Assembly: GCA_017537565.1 (NCBI GenBank)
Contig: JAFYKQ010000097.1
Coordinates: 1-48,709 of the forward strand
Length of the DNA: 48,709 nucleotides
From: Flavobacteriales bacterium
GTDB taxonomy: Bacteria > Bacteroidota > Bacteroidia > Flavobacteriales > UBA1820
Direction: 5' to 3'
This document shows positions 18,197-26,776 of this stretch, piece after piece. The notes below the pieces were generated by a model. That model saw nothing but the letters and a program-made list of their open reading frames with translations. It did not search any database and was not told where the DNA came from. Position 1 is the first letter of the stretch, and every line of letters starts with the position of its first letter. The position numbers and the translations under genes are program-made.

Positions 18197-18979
18197 CTAT
18201 TTTTTTGCCTCGTGTTCTTTTATGAGTTCGGCTACACGTTCAGGAACATCGGTAGTGATGATATCCACACCTAGTTCTATCATTTGACGTATTACAGCAT
18301 CACTATTTACTGTCCATACGTTTACCTCTAGCCCCAAATCGTGGCATTCTTTTACCCAGTGTGGACGAGCCTGGAACTGTGAAAAATGAAAATCTACACC
18401 AGTATAACCGCGCTGCTTGCACTGGGCGGGTGTCATTCTATTGCTCAAATATGCAACTTTAGCTTTTGGGTCACACTTGAGGACTTCGTCACATATAACA
18501 GGCATAAATGATATGTATTCCACACGGTCTTTTATTTTCATCTTTTTAACCATATCTACTACGGCACGCGATGCTTTTATCATTTTTTCATCGGTAGTGT
18601 GCTGTTTTATTTCAAGGATAAGAAGTGTATGACGGCATTCCTTCTTAAATGCTTTCATATAGTCTTTAAGAGTAGGCAGAGTCTCGCCATTGGGTAGTTT
18701 TATGTCTTTTATATCGGCATAATTGGCTGCCTCTATGAGGATTTTATCTGGGCCTACGGTAGCATCGTGATTAACTACCAGGACACCATCGGCCGTTTGT
18801 AGAATGTCGAGTTCGCTACCCCAGGCACGTACCTGGTCGGCCTTCATAAGAGCCGTGATACTGTTCTGTGCCGAACCTTCTGTCTTCCAATAACCACGGT
18901 GAGCCACAACACGTGTCTGTCCCACCAGCACTGCTACACACATCATAAATGCAGCAGTAAATATCATTCTTGTTTTCAT
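18197..18979 (-). CDS. glycerophosphodiester phosphodiesterase family protein (secreted)
   Basis: A signal peptide is followed by VVAHRGYW...ENS...ELD...T.DG.LVV.HD, a typical GDPD active-site pattern (here VVAHRGYWKTEGSAQNS, GSELDILQTADGVLVVNHD). Confidence 0.85.
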   Translation of the reverse strand: MKTRMIFTAAFMMCVAVLVGQTRVVAHRGYWKTEGSAQNSITALMKADQVRAWGSELDILQTADGVLVVNHDATVGPDKILIEAANYADIKDIKLPNGETLPTLKDYMKAFKKECRHTLLILEIKQHTTDEKMIKASRAVVDMVKKMKIKDRVEYISFMPVICDEVLKCDPKAKVAYLSNRMTPAQCKQRGYTGVDFHFSQFQARPHWVKECHDLGLEVNVWTVNSDAVIRQMIELGVDIITTDVPERVAELIKEHEAKK

Positions 18980-19003
18980 ATCTCTATATTTATGTGTTTA
19001 AGT

Positions 19004-19591
19004 TTATTTTTCAAAAGTAATAAATTCATCGGCAGTACACAAATGTGTAAGCGGAATATCATCTGTACGGCTGTCTTCCACCACACCGTTTATAAGTGGG
19101 AAAAACGATAGACCTACTCGTTTTACATCACTTCTGCACACAGCAAAAAACCTGTCATAGAAACCTCGTCCATAGCCAACCCTTACACCGCGATTATCAC
19201 AGCATAGAAGAGGAGTGATAACCACATCTATATCCTTTTCATCTACTTTTGTAAGGTCTGCCACACGGGCGGGTTCGGGGATAGAAAAAGACGATAGCGA
19301 TAGACGTGTGGTAGGAGTGTACAGATAATGACTCATCTGCCCCGTATCAAAATGGGAAACAGATATAACAACCTTTACTCCTTTTTCCCACAGATACTCT
19401 ACAAGTGGACGTGTGTCTATCTCCCCGTGTCGTTCTATGGGTAGAAACACGTGTACCACTCTTGCTCCATCTAGAACAGAACTATCTATCAACCTACTAC
19501 ATATAGATGCAGATAACGCCTTTCTCTCTTCTATGGAGAGAGAAAGGCGTATCTTTTTATATGTCGCACGTAGCTCTGTTTTAAGAGGCAT
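19004..19591 (-). CDS. 5-formyltetrahydrofolate cyclo-ligase
   Basis: The K..LR N-terminus and the GYGRGFYDRF motif are present in a 195 aa protein. Its ATG overlaps the stop of the upstream peptidase gene by 1 nt (TAATG). Confidence 0.8.
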   Translation of the reverse strand: MPLKTELRATYKKIRLSLSIEERKALSASICSRLIDSSVLDGARVVHVFLPIERHGEIDTRPLVEYLWEKGVKVVISVSHFDTGQMSHYLYTPTTRLSLSSFSIPEPARVADLTKVDEKDIDVVITPLLCCDNRGVRVGYGRGFYDRFFAVCRSDVKRVGLSFFPLINGVVEDSRTDDIPLTHLCTADEFITFEK

Positions 19592-21630
19592 TATTTTTTG
19601 AGATATTTATCTAGCCAAGAGTAGAATTCGGCGTGCCATACCAGACTATTCTGTGGGCGTAGTACCCAGTGGCACTCTTCGGGGAAGAGAACATAACGCG
19701 ATGGTATTCCACGCATACGGGCAGCAGTGAATGCCTGCATAGATTGACCTTCGGGGACGCGGTAGTCCTGTGCTCCCTGTATGATGAGTATAGGTGTGTC
19801 CCATTTGTCTACGTGACTCACAGGAGAGTATTCTGTATATGAAAGGTGGGTAGGGTTCTCCCAAGGAGCACAACCCATGTCCTTGTGTGCAAAGAAAAGC
19901 TCTTCGGTAGTCATATACCAGCTGCGTGTGTCAAACGTACCACAGTGTGATATAAATGCACTATAACGTCCCTCGTGTTTACCAGCCAACATAAATACCG
20001 AATATCCACCATAAGAAGCTCCTACGGCAGCCACACTTTTTTCATCTACATATGGTTCCTTAACCACAGCATCAGACGCCGTCATGAGGTCTGTTATAGC
20101 CTGTGCTCCCCATTGTGTAGATATCTCTCGGTTCCATTCCACACCAAACGAAGGCAGACCACGACGGTTTGGTATAATAGTTACATAACCCTCGTGTGCC
20201 ATAAGGGCAAAATTCCAACGGAACGAATATGATGGGCATATAGCATTCTGTGGACCACCTCCACAGAATAGCATAGCAGGATATTTCTGTGTGCTGTCAA
20301 ACGATGGAGGAAGAAGTACCCATACCAGCATCTTTTTACCATCGGTAGTAGGAACCCAACGTTTTTCTACCTTTACAGATGGTATAGTAGCAAATATCTC
20401 GTCATTCTCGTGTGTGATAGCTGTGTAGCTATCCTTTTTCACATCATAAGAAAAGACTTCGGCAGGGCGGTTAAATCCATAACGTGTAACGATGACTTTT
20501 TTACCTGCTGGGATAAAACTGCCTATGCATTCGTCATTGAGATGTGTTATCTGTTTTATAGATTTTGTAACGTCTATATCGTCCCATTTTTTGGGGAGGG
20601 TGTAGGTAAAGAGTTGTTCTACAGCCTCTACTGCAGTACGGAACATTATCTCACTAGATGACACCCAAGTGAATTCCTCGATAGTCTCGTCCCACGCTTC
20701 GGTGAGGTTATATGTTTTTCCAGCAGCTATGTCATATACCTTGATATCGTTCTTATCGGCTTCATAGCCGTCCTCGTCCATACTGCTCCACGCTATGTAT
20801 TTTCCACAAGGGCTCCACGATGGGCAAGTGTCATAACCGTGATTGCCTTCGGTAAGGTTACGGGTAGTGGCACTTTCTATGTCATAGATATAGATATCTG
20901 AATCGGTAGAAGTGGCATATGCTGTACCTTCTTTCTTTTTACAAGTGTAGGCTATCTGTTTACCGTCATTGCTGAAATTTATCTGCTCCATACCACCAAA
21001 TGGCATAAGCGGAGCATCATAAGGTTCTCCCTTCATAATATCAACAGCTTCACCCACTGTTTTCTCTCCATCAAAATCTACATAGAAAACGTGTGATACC
21101 TTGTCATCTTCCCAATAGTTCCAGTGACGATACATAAGGTCGTCTGTTATAACAACATTGGCTTTGGTGTATTGAGGATAGATTTCGGCAGGGGTTTTAC
21201 GATATTTGACCTCGGCAGTAAAAACTATGCGGTCTCCCGCTGGTGACAGGCGAGCACCTGTAACTTCCTGTGAAATAGTTCCAGCCTCGCGAGAGTCTTT
21301 ACCGTCTATGCCTATGGTATAAAACTTACCACCCTTGATATAAAGCAGGCGACCCTCGCTGGTAAAACCTACGGCGGTTGCTCCTGTGGCTATTTCCACC
21401 ACACTGCTACCATCTACATTTACTGCATAGAGAGTAGATGTTCCTTTGTTTTCATCTATGTTATAACGTGTAACGCTATACAGAGCCTTGGTTGCGTCTG
21501 GTGTGAGGCATTGCAATGATACACGCCCCATCTTCCATAGAGTCTGTGGAGTAAGAGGTGTAGTATTTTGTGCCTGAATGTTCATAATGATAGTCAAAAA
21601 TAATGTAATGATGATAGATACTTTTCTCAT
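19591..21630 (-). CDS. S9 family serine peptidase (prolyl oligopeptidase / acylaminoacyl-peptidase type), secreted
   Basis: It has a signal peptide, an N-terminal beta-propeller region and a C-terminal alpha/beta hydrolase domain with the nucleophile elbow GASYGGY and an HW-containing His motif. Confidence 0.85.
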   Translation of the reverse strand: MRKVSIIITLFLTIIMNIQAQNTTPLTPQTLWKMGRVSLQCLTPDATKALYSVTRYNIDENKGTSTLYAVNVDGSSVVEIATGATAVGFTSEGRLLYIKGGKFYTIGIDGKDSREAGTISQEVTGARLSPAGDRIVFTAEVKYRKTPAEIYPQYTKANVVITDDLMYRHWNYWEDDKVSHVFYVDFDGEKTVGEAVDIMKGEPYDAPLMPFGGMEQINFSNDGKQIAYTCKKKEGTAYATSTDSDIYIYDIESATTRNLTEGNHGYDTCPSWSPCGKYIAWSSMDEDGYEADKNDIKVYDIAAGKTYNLTEAWDETIEEFTWVSSSEIMFRTAVEAVEQLFTYTLPKKWDDIDVTKSIKQITHLNDECIGSFIPAGKKVIVTRYGFNRPAEVFSYDVKKDSYTAITHENDEIFATIPSVKVEKRWVPTTDGKKMLVWVLLPPSFDSTQKYPAMLFCGGGPQNAICPSYSFRWNFALMAHEGYVTIIPNRRGLPSFGVEWNREISTQWGAQAITDLMTASDAVVKEPYVDEKSVAAVGASYGGYSVFMLAGKHEGRYSAFISHCGTFDTRSWYMTTEELFFAHKDMGCAPWENPTHLSYTEYSPVSHVDKWDTPILIIQGAQDYRVPEGQSMQAFTAARMRGIPSRYVLFPEECHWVLRPQNSLVWHAEFYSWLDKYLKK

Positions 21631-21655
21631 ATAATAATGGTGTTATGTGAGTATA

Positions 21656-22471
21656 TTATTGGAATTCATATGATATATATCCTTGTTGTGATTCTGGAGC
21701 AGTGGCATCAACATTAAAACGTGCACGACGTGCATATACCAGTGCTTTCTCGTGAGCGTCCTCATAAGGACAGGTGGTACGCGTTGTGTTTATCTGGGCG
21801 GCTATGACTTTGCCTTCGCGGGATATACGCACATCTACCACCACTAGACCTCCCTGACGTGCCGTATATATAGGTACCGGCAGCGGTGCTATATTATGAC
21901 GCACAGGAGATGTGAAAGAGTAGTGTACAGAACTTTTTCCCACATAGACCTGTGGTTTTTTATCCTTGCGTGAGGTATCTATGCGTTGGTATTCATCGAG
22001 GTCTATCTCTCGGTTTTTTACCTGTTCTGAAAACAGATCGACCTTGACATTCTCACCATATTCGTTTACCTGATGTGTTATGGCTTCGGCTTCACGCAAT
22101 GTAGAGAAATTTTTACTCATCTGTGAGATGTCTATATCCTCGCCAAGGTCTGCCGCAGCGTGGTTGGTAAACCCACTCATAGATGCACGATGTGAAAGAC
22201 GGGTATCTATCTTGTGGCGGTCACTACCTATCTGTGATAGTTCTTTTTCTATGAGTGCCATATCTTCCATACTTATGGCTACCATATTGGGAGTAGATAC
22301 ATCTATATAGCTCAATGCGACATTGCATATGATGATAACCATTGCCAAATGCACGCTAAAGGTAACTATCAATGGCAGACGATGAGCATCTACAAAATAA
22401 AGCAGAGCGTCCAGTTTCCTCTCCAGATAGTCGTTTACTACGTCGTATATTTTATCTATATCCATATGCAA
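21656..22471 (-). CDS. TonB-like single-pass membrane protein (TonB C-terminal-like domain)
   Basis: One TM helix (LIVTFSVHLAMVIIICNVAL) is present. The C-terminal ~80 aa (GGLVVVDVRISREGKVIAAQI...ALVYARRARFN) resemble the TonB_C fold. The start could instead be M3 at 22465. Confidence 0.55.
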   Translation of the reverse strand: MHMDIDKIYDVVNDYLERKLDALLYFVDAHRLPLIVTFSVHLAMVIIICNVALSYIDVSTPNMVAISMEDMALIEKELSQIGSDRHKIDTRLSHRASMSGFTNHAAADLGEDIDISQMSKNFSTLREAEAITHQVNEYGENVKVDLFSEQVKNREIDLDEYQRIDTSRKDKKPQVYVGKSSVHYSFTSPVRHNIAPLPVPIYTARQGGLVVVDVRISREGKVIAAQINTTRTTCPYEDAHEKALVYARRARFNVDATAPESQQGYISYEFQ

Positions 22472-22485
22472 TTTTGTGGGCGTTC

Positions 22486-22493
22486 AAAATTAC
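22486..22493 (-). promoter_or_regulatory. -7 promoter box (TAATTTTG on minus strand) for the TonB-like gene
   Basis: The plus strand reads CAAAATTA, 15-21 nt upstream of the candidate ATGs. Confidence 0.45.
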
Positions 22494-22569
22494 GGCAATA
22501 TATGCAAATAACCACATCTTTTTATCTACAAAAACATCATATTCTATAACAGAATAATCTCTCTTGATA

Positions 22570-22601
22570 ATAAAAAAGGCTGAACCATAAAAAGTCCAGC
22601 C
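22570..22601 (-). terminator. probable terminator downstream of tRNA-Pro
   Basis: On the minus strand, a GGCTG..CAGCC stem with an imperfect extension is followed by TTTTTTATT. Confidence 0.45.
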
Positions 22602-22610
22602 ACCTCATTC

Positions 22611-22684
<74 letters not shown>

Positions 22685-22697
22685 GAATGACGTGGTG

Positions 22698-22705
22698 CAA
22701 AAGTA
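22698..22705 (-). promoter_or_regulatory. -7 promoter box (TACTTTTG on minus strand) for tRNA-Pro
   Basis: The plus strand reads CAAAAGTA, 14 nt upstream of the tRNA 5' end. Confidence 0.55.
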
Positions 22706-22759
22706 CTGCTTATTTTTATACTAGACAAATTTATTTATCCTTATTAAGTGGGTGTAAAA

Positions 22760-25700
22760 CTATGACAACACACACTCTATGCCATCTGTACTTAAATAAA
22801 CCAGTATCTTTTTCTTTACATCATATCCCATAGATGAAAGCAGCGCAGCATACTCTTCTATCTGGTTGTAGTGTGATGATTTCTTCTCTCCTGTCTTATA
22901 GTCTATAACCACAGCCTCGCTACCTTTTATACATATGCGGTCTGGTCGTCTCTCTATGCCACCAGCCATAACTATATCACGTTCTGAAAGTATAGTGTAC
23001 TGCCCACTATAATACTGTGTAAGGATAGGGTTATCTATCATAGTCTTTATAAGTTCTATGATAGATGATGATAATTCTGCCTGTATGACACCAGCCTTCA
23101 CCGCACGGCCTACCGCTGTTTCTACATCATTATATGTATCTATCATAGATAGTATATCGTGTATGGCGGTGCCATAGATTATAGGATTGTTACCGTCCAT
23201 ATCTGTCCACATCTTTTTCCACATAGGACTCACCATAAGACGATTTTTCCAAGGTATATATGTAATATCCCCCAATGTCTTATCACTAGACATATGGCGA
23301 GATTTATAATCGTGTATGCCTCTACTGCCACGACTGTAAGCATATATGTTATCTACATCGTCATCGTGATGTATAGTGTTTTTGTCAAGGAACATATCTA
23401 CCAAATCCTTCATAGACGCTCCACGTGCAGACTCACGGGTAATGATATGTAACTGCCGCGAAGCACGTGTGAGAGCCACATAAAATATATTCAAATTATC
23501 CAGTTTAATCTTGGAACTATATTCTTCATACAGTTGAGGATTAAGACGGGATACTTCCTTTATAGGTACTGGAACTACAGGTACAGGAATAGGCGCAATT
23601 TTTTCTTCCTGTGGAACATCTATCCATATATTTTCAGCTTCTTTCAAATCCCAACCAGCAAATGGAAATATCACCACTGGATATTCAAGACCCTTGGCTC
23701 GATGTATCGTAAGCATTTTTACGGCATTGGCAGATGAAGGCGATGATATACTCTCCTTGTCTTTTCTATTCTCCCAGTAGTCAATAAAAGAAGCAAGTGT
23801 GGCTGTGTTTTCCTGTGAGAAACGATACACCATATCCAGCAATCCCAATAGATAAGCGTCCTGACCTTTTTTCCACATATCCAGACCTTCTATAATGCTT
23901 TCTGTACACTCATAAAGAGGTAATTTGAAAAAAGATGATATATCAAGAGATGGTATATGTAACGTAAGTTCATTTATAAAATCGGCCGTGGAGAGCGACA
24001 AAACGTGATGATAATATCTGGTATAGTCTGCATATCCCATTAGTTTATCTTCACGTAAAAGATAATTGAGAATGGATACGCGAGAGTATTTGTCTTCTGG
24101 TGTAGATAAAAATTTCATAAAGGCGATAACGGCTCTTACCATTATAGATTCTTTTATAAGAAGGCTTTCGGTAGTAACTATAGGTACAGAATGTGATGAT
24201 AGGTATTCGGCTAAAATGGCTCCTTCGCTGTTATAACGATACAGCAGTGCTATATCACTATAAGAAAAACCATCTTTTTCCACCACACGACGTATCTCAT
24301 CAAGAGTGGCTGAAAGATATTCTTTGCTACGGGCAGCGGCATTATCTCCTTTTACACATTGTATGGAAACATAACCAGGTATTTCTTTTTTGGCCTTCTG
24401 ATTATTACCATCTATATACATCTTACCATAGCGGAATATACCCCCGAAAAATTCTTTTATACTGTCTATGAATTTTTCTTTTCCTATGTCATTTACATTT
24501 TCAACATCTTTTTTAGGTAGAAAATCACTAGCAGACTTAAAGAAATCATTAGCAAAATTTACCAATACTTCACTGCTACGATAGTTGGTAAAAAGACGTA
24601 TGAGTTCTACCTGTGAAGAAGGCAGAGGTGCCGATTTCTTTTCACACAAATCCAGAAAAAGCTCACTATCTCCGCCTCTGAACCTGTATATAGCCTGTTT
24701 TCCATCACCCACTATCATAGCGCTACCATCACCCGAAAGAGCATTATAGATGAGATTCTTCATATTTTCCCACTGCATTATAGAGGTATCCTGGAATTCG
24801 TCTATGAAATAATGCTGATAACGCTCGCCCAGTTTTTCATAGATAAAAGGTACTGGTTCTGTACGTAAGTGATTGCCTATGATTTCGTTGAACTCACGTA
24901 GTAGCATTATGTTACTGCGTTGTTTTACGTTATCCATTTCCTTTTTTATACTGTAAGCAACACTTAGCTTTTTAAGAGGTTTGAGTAGCATTACAGCGTT
25001 ATCATAGCCTGTACCTTCATCATCTTTTATTTTAATGATATCGTCCAATATACCGATTATTTCACCTGCACAGCACTCTAATGACTGTTTTTGAAATTCA
25101 TTGGCTTTGGAAGAGGCGTATTTGCCGTCCATAAATGATTTTACATTCCTATTGTGAACATTTAATGACATATCACCACGTGCAGCCTTGGATAGTACAG
25201 ATGCAAGACCTTTACTTCCTCCTATAAGCAGAGACGTATCACCTATATTTTCTTTCACTATATCCAGAGCTCTCTGTCCCTTTTCACTCAATCTATCTTT
25301 TACATCTTTTACATAATCTGTAAGACGTTTTTTGAGTTCTATAAAGTCTTCTATCCTACATTCTGAAAGACGGGACATAGGCACCATATTATTTTCATTA
25401 TCCCACATAGCCCCACCTTCATTAAGTATAGATGATATATCCCACTGGCGACCTTCGTCTATTTTATCACTTACAAAATCTACTAGTATACGTGTAAGTG
25501 CTTCGTTATCACGCCCGGCTTTTAAGAGGAGCATATCAACACTTTCTGATAACAAATCGGCCGAATCAATAGCTATGGAAAAAGAAGAAGGCAAGTGTAA
25601 TTCGCGAGAAAAACTACGCACCAGACGTGTAGTGAATGAATCTATGGTACATACAGTAAAAGAACCATAGTCTGCATATATATCTGCAAGTATCTGGGAG

Positions 25701-25996
25701 GCATATAGTTTTATATGTTCAAATGATAGGCCTGTATCCTTTACAAGGTCTGAAAGCATATCGTGGGAACTTACATTATCTGCACGCGTAAAAGCATCAA
25801 GAGTAGAAAGTATACGACTTTTCATCTCCCAAGCTGCTTTATTTGTGAAAGTTATAGCCAGTATTTTTTTAAATATTTCTTTCTGGGGTTTACCAGTGGA
25901 AGGTTGTGGAGCAAAAAGAATACACAAATACTTGTAAACCAATGTATAAGTTTTACCACTACCTGCCGAGGCATCATATACAGATAATTTTCCCAT
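22760..25996 (-). CDS. UvrD/Rep-type helicase fused to a C-terminal PD-(D/E)XK nuclease (AddA/RecB-like)
   Basis: Walker A ASAGSGKTYTL, motif II IDEFQDTS and helicase C-terminal motifs (TIHRAKGLEYPVV) are present. The C-terminal nuclease motif is RPDRI...VIDYKTG. Confidence 0.85.
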   Translation of the reverse strand: MGKLSVYDASAGSGKTYTLVYKYLCILFAPQPSTGKPQKEIFKKILAITFTNKAAWEMKSRILSTLDAFTRADNVSSHDMLSDLVKDTGLSFEHIKLYASQILADIYADYGSFTVCTIDSFTTRLVRSFSRELHLPSSFSIAIDSADLLSESVDMLLLKAGRDNEALTRILVDFVSDKIDEGRQWDISSILNEGGAMWDNENNMVPMSRLSECRIEDFIELKKRLTDYVKDVKDRLSEKGQRALDIVKENIGDTSLLIGGSKGLASVLSKAARGDMSLNVHNRNVKSFMDGKYASSKANEFQKQSLECCAGEIIGILDDIIKIKDDEGTGYDNAVMLLKPLKKLSVAYSIKKEMDNVKQRSNIMLLREFNEIIGNHLRTEPVPFIYEKLGERYQHYFIDEFQDTSIMQWENMKNLIYNALSGDGSAMIVGDGKQAIYRFRGGDSELFLDLCEKKSAPLPSSQVELIRLFTNYRSSEVLVNFANDFFKSASDFLPKKDVENVNDIGKEKFIDSIKEFFGGIFRYGKMYIDGNNQKAKKEIPGYVSIQCVKGDNAAARSKEYLSATLDEIRRVVEKDGFSYSDIALLYRYNSEGAILAEYLSSHSVPIVTTESLLIKESIMVRAVIAFMKFLSTPEDKYSRVSILNYLLREDKLMGYADYTRYYHHVLSLSTADFINELTLHIPSLDISSFFKLPLYECTESIIEGLDMWKKGQDAYLLGLLDMVYRFSQENTATLASFIDYWENRKDKESISSPSSANAVKMLTIHRAKGLEYPVVIFPFAGWDLKEAENIWIDVPQEEKIAPIPVPVVPVPIKEVSRLNPQLYEEYSSKIKLDNLNIFYVALTRASRQLHIITRESARGASMKDLVDMFLDKNTIHHDDDVDNIYAYSRGSRGIHDYKSRHMSSDKTLGDITYIPWKNRLMVSPMWKKMWTDMDGNNPIIYGTAIHDILSMIDTYNDVETAVGRAVKAGVIQAELSSSIIELIKTMIDNPILTQYYSGQYTILSERDIVMAGGIERRPDRICIKGSEAVVIDYKTGEKKSSHYNQIEEYAALLSSMGYDVKKKILVYLSTDGIECVLS

Positions 25997-26443
25997 ATTA
26001 ACATTCTATTTATGTGGGATAAAGATACAAATAATAAGTAGTGTGTATAAGCTGTTGATAAAAAGTTTATAAATTTTTATAAGGTTGTGAATAGTGTGTG
26101 GGTTTATGTAATTGATGATAAAAATTTTTTAAAAATTCTATATTTTTTCATCATTTATCAACCGTACATTTTTTTACAAACAACATTATAAACACTATTT
26201 CTTTTTATTTTTTTACCCTTTTTATAAACAAACATACGTTTATAATTACTTTTAACAATGTTTATAATTATAGATAATTACCTTACTTACAGAATAAATA
26301 CATATTTATAATTTGTTCATAACTTATAATAATTTACTTTTCAAATTTTTACCTCATTTTTTTTTCAAGACATTAAACAGGTATATACATCTTCTTCATT
26401 TTTTATTTTTTTTAAAAGAAAACAATAATAAAGAATAGAATGT

Positions 26444-26452
26444 TGTGGATAA
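26444..26452. promoter_or_regulatory. perfect DnaA-box 9-mer TGTGGATAA (reverse complement TTATCCACA) inside the 780 bp AT-rich gap
   Basis: This is an exact match to the canonical DnaA box. Weaker matches are at 26053-26061 (TGTTGATAA, 1 mismatch), 26086-26094 (TGTGAATAG, 2 mismatches) and 26155-26163 (TTATCAACC, 2 mismatches). Confidence 0.35.
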
Positions 26453-26776
26453 TTTTATGGATTTCATTTTTATCATTTTTCATTATTGTTTTTTATTTAT
26501 ATAAAAAAATTAGAAAGAGTAAAAATATTGGCTTTTATAAAATAGATTTAAAAGTGATTTATGTGTTTAATTTTTCTTTTTTTTTCAATAAAAAATAAGA
26601 ACATATAATAATATACAGTTATCGTAATATTTATGTCATTAATCTTAACTATAGTATTTGTTTTTGTTTGAAAATAAAAAACTAAAAAGAAATGAATAAA
26701 ATAATGTTTATATGTAATAAGAAATTAGGAATATAGGTGGTAGATTTTTATATTTATATACTCTAAGTCTCTGCTT

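Noticed and set aside
19589-19593. One-nucleotide stop/start overlap (TAATG) between the S9 peptidase and 5-formyl-THF cyclo-ligase genes
   Set aside because: This is ordinary translational coupling. The functional pairing is odd but not enough to claim a system.
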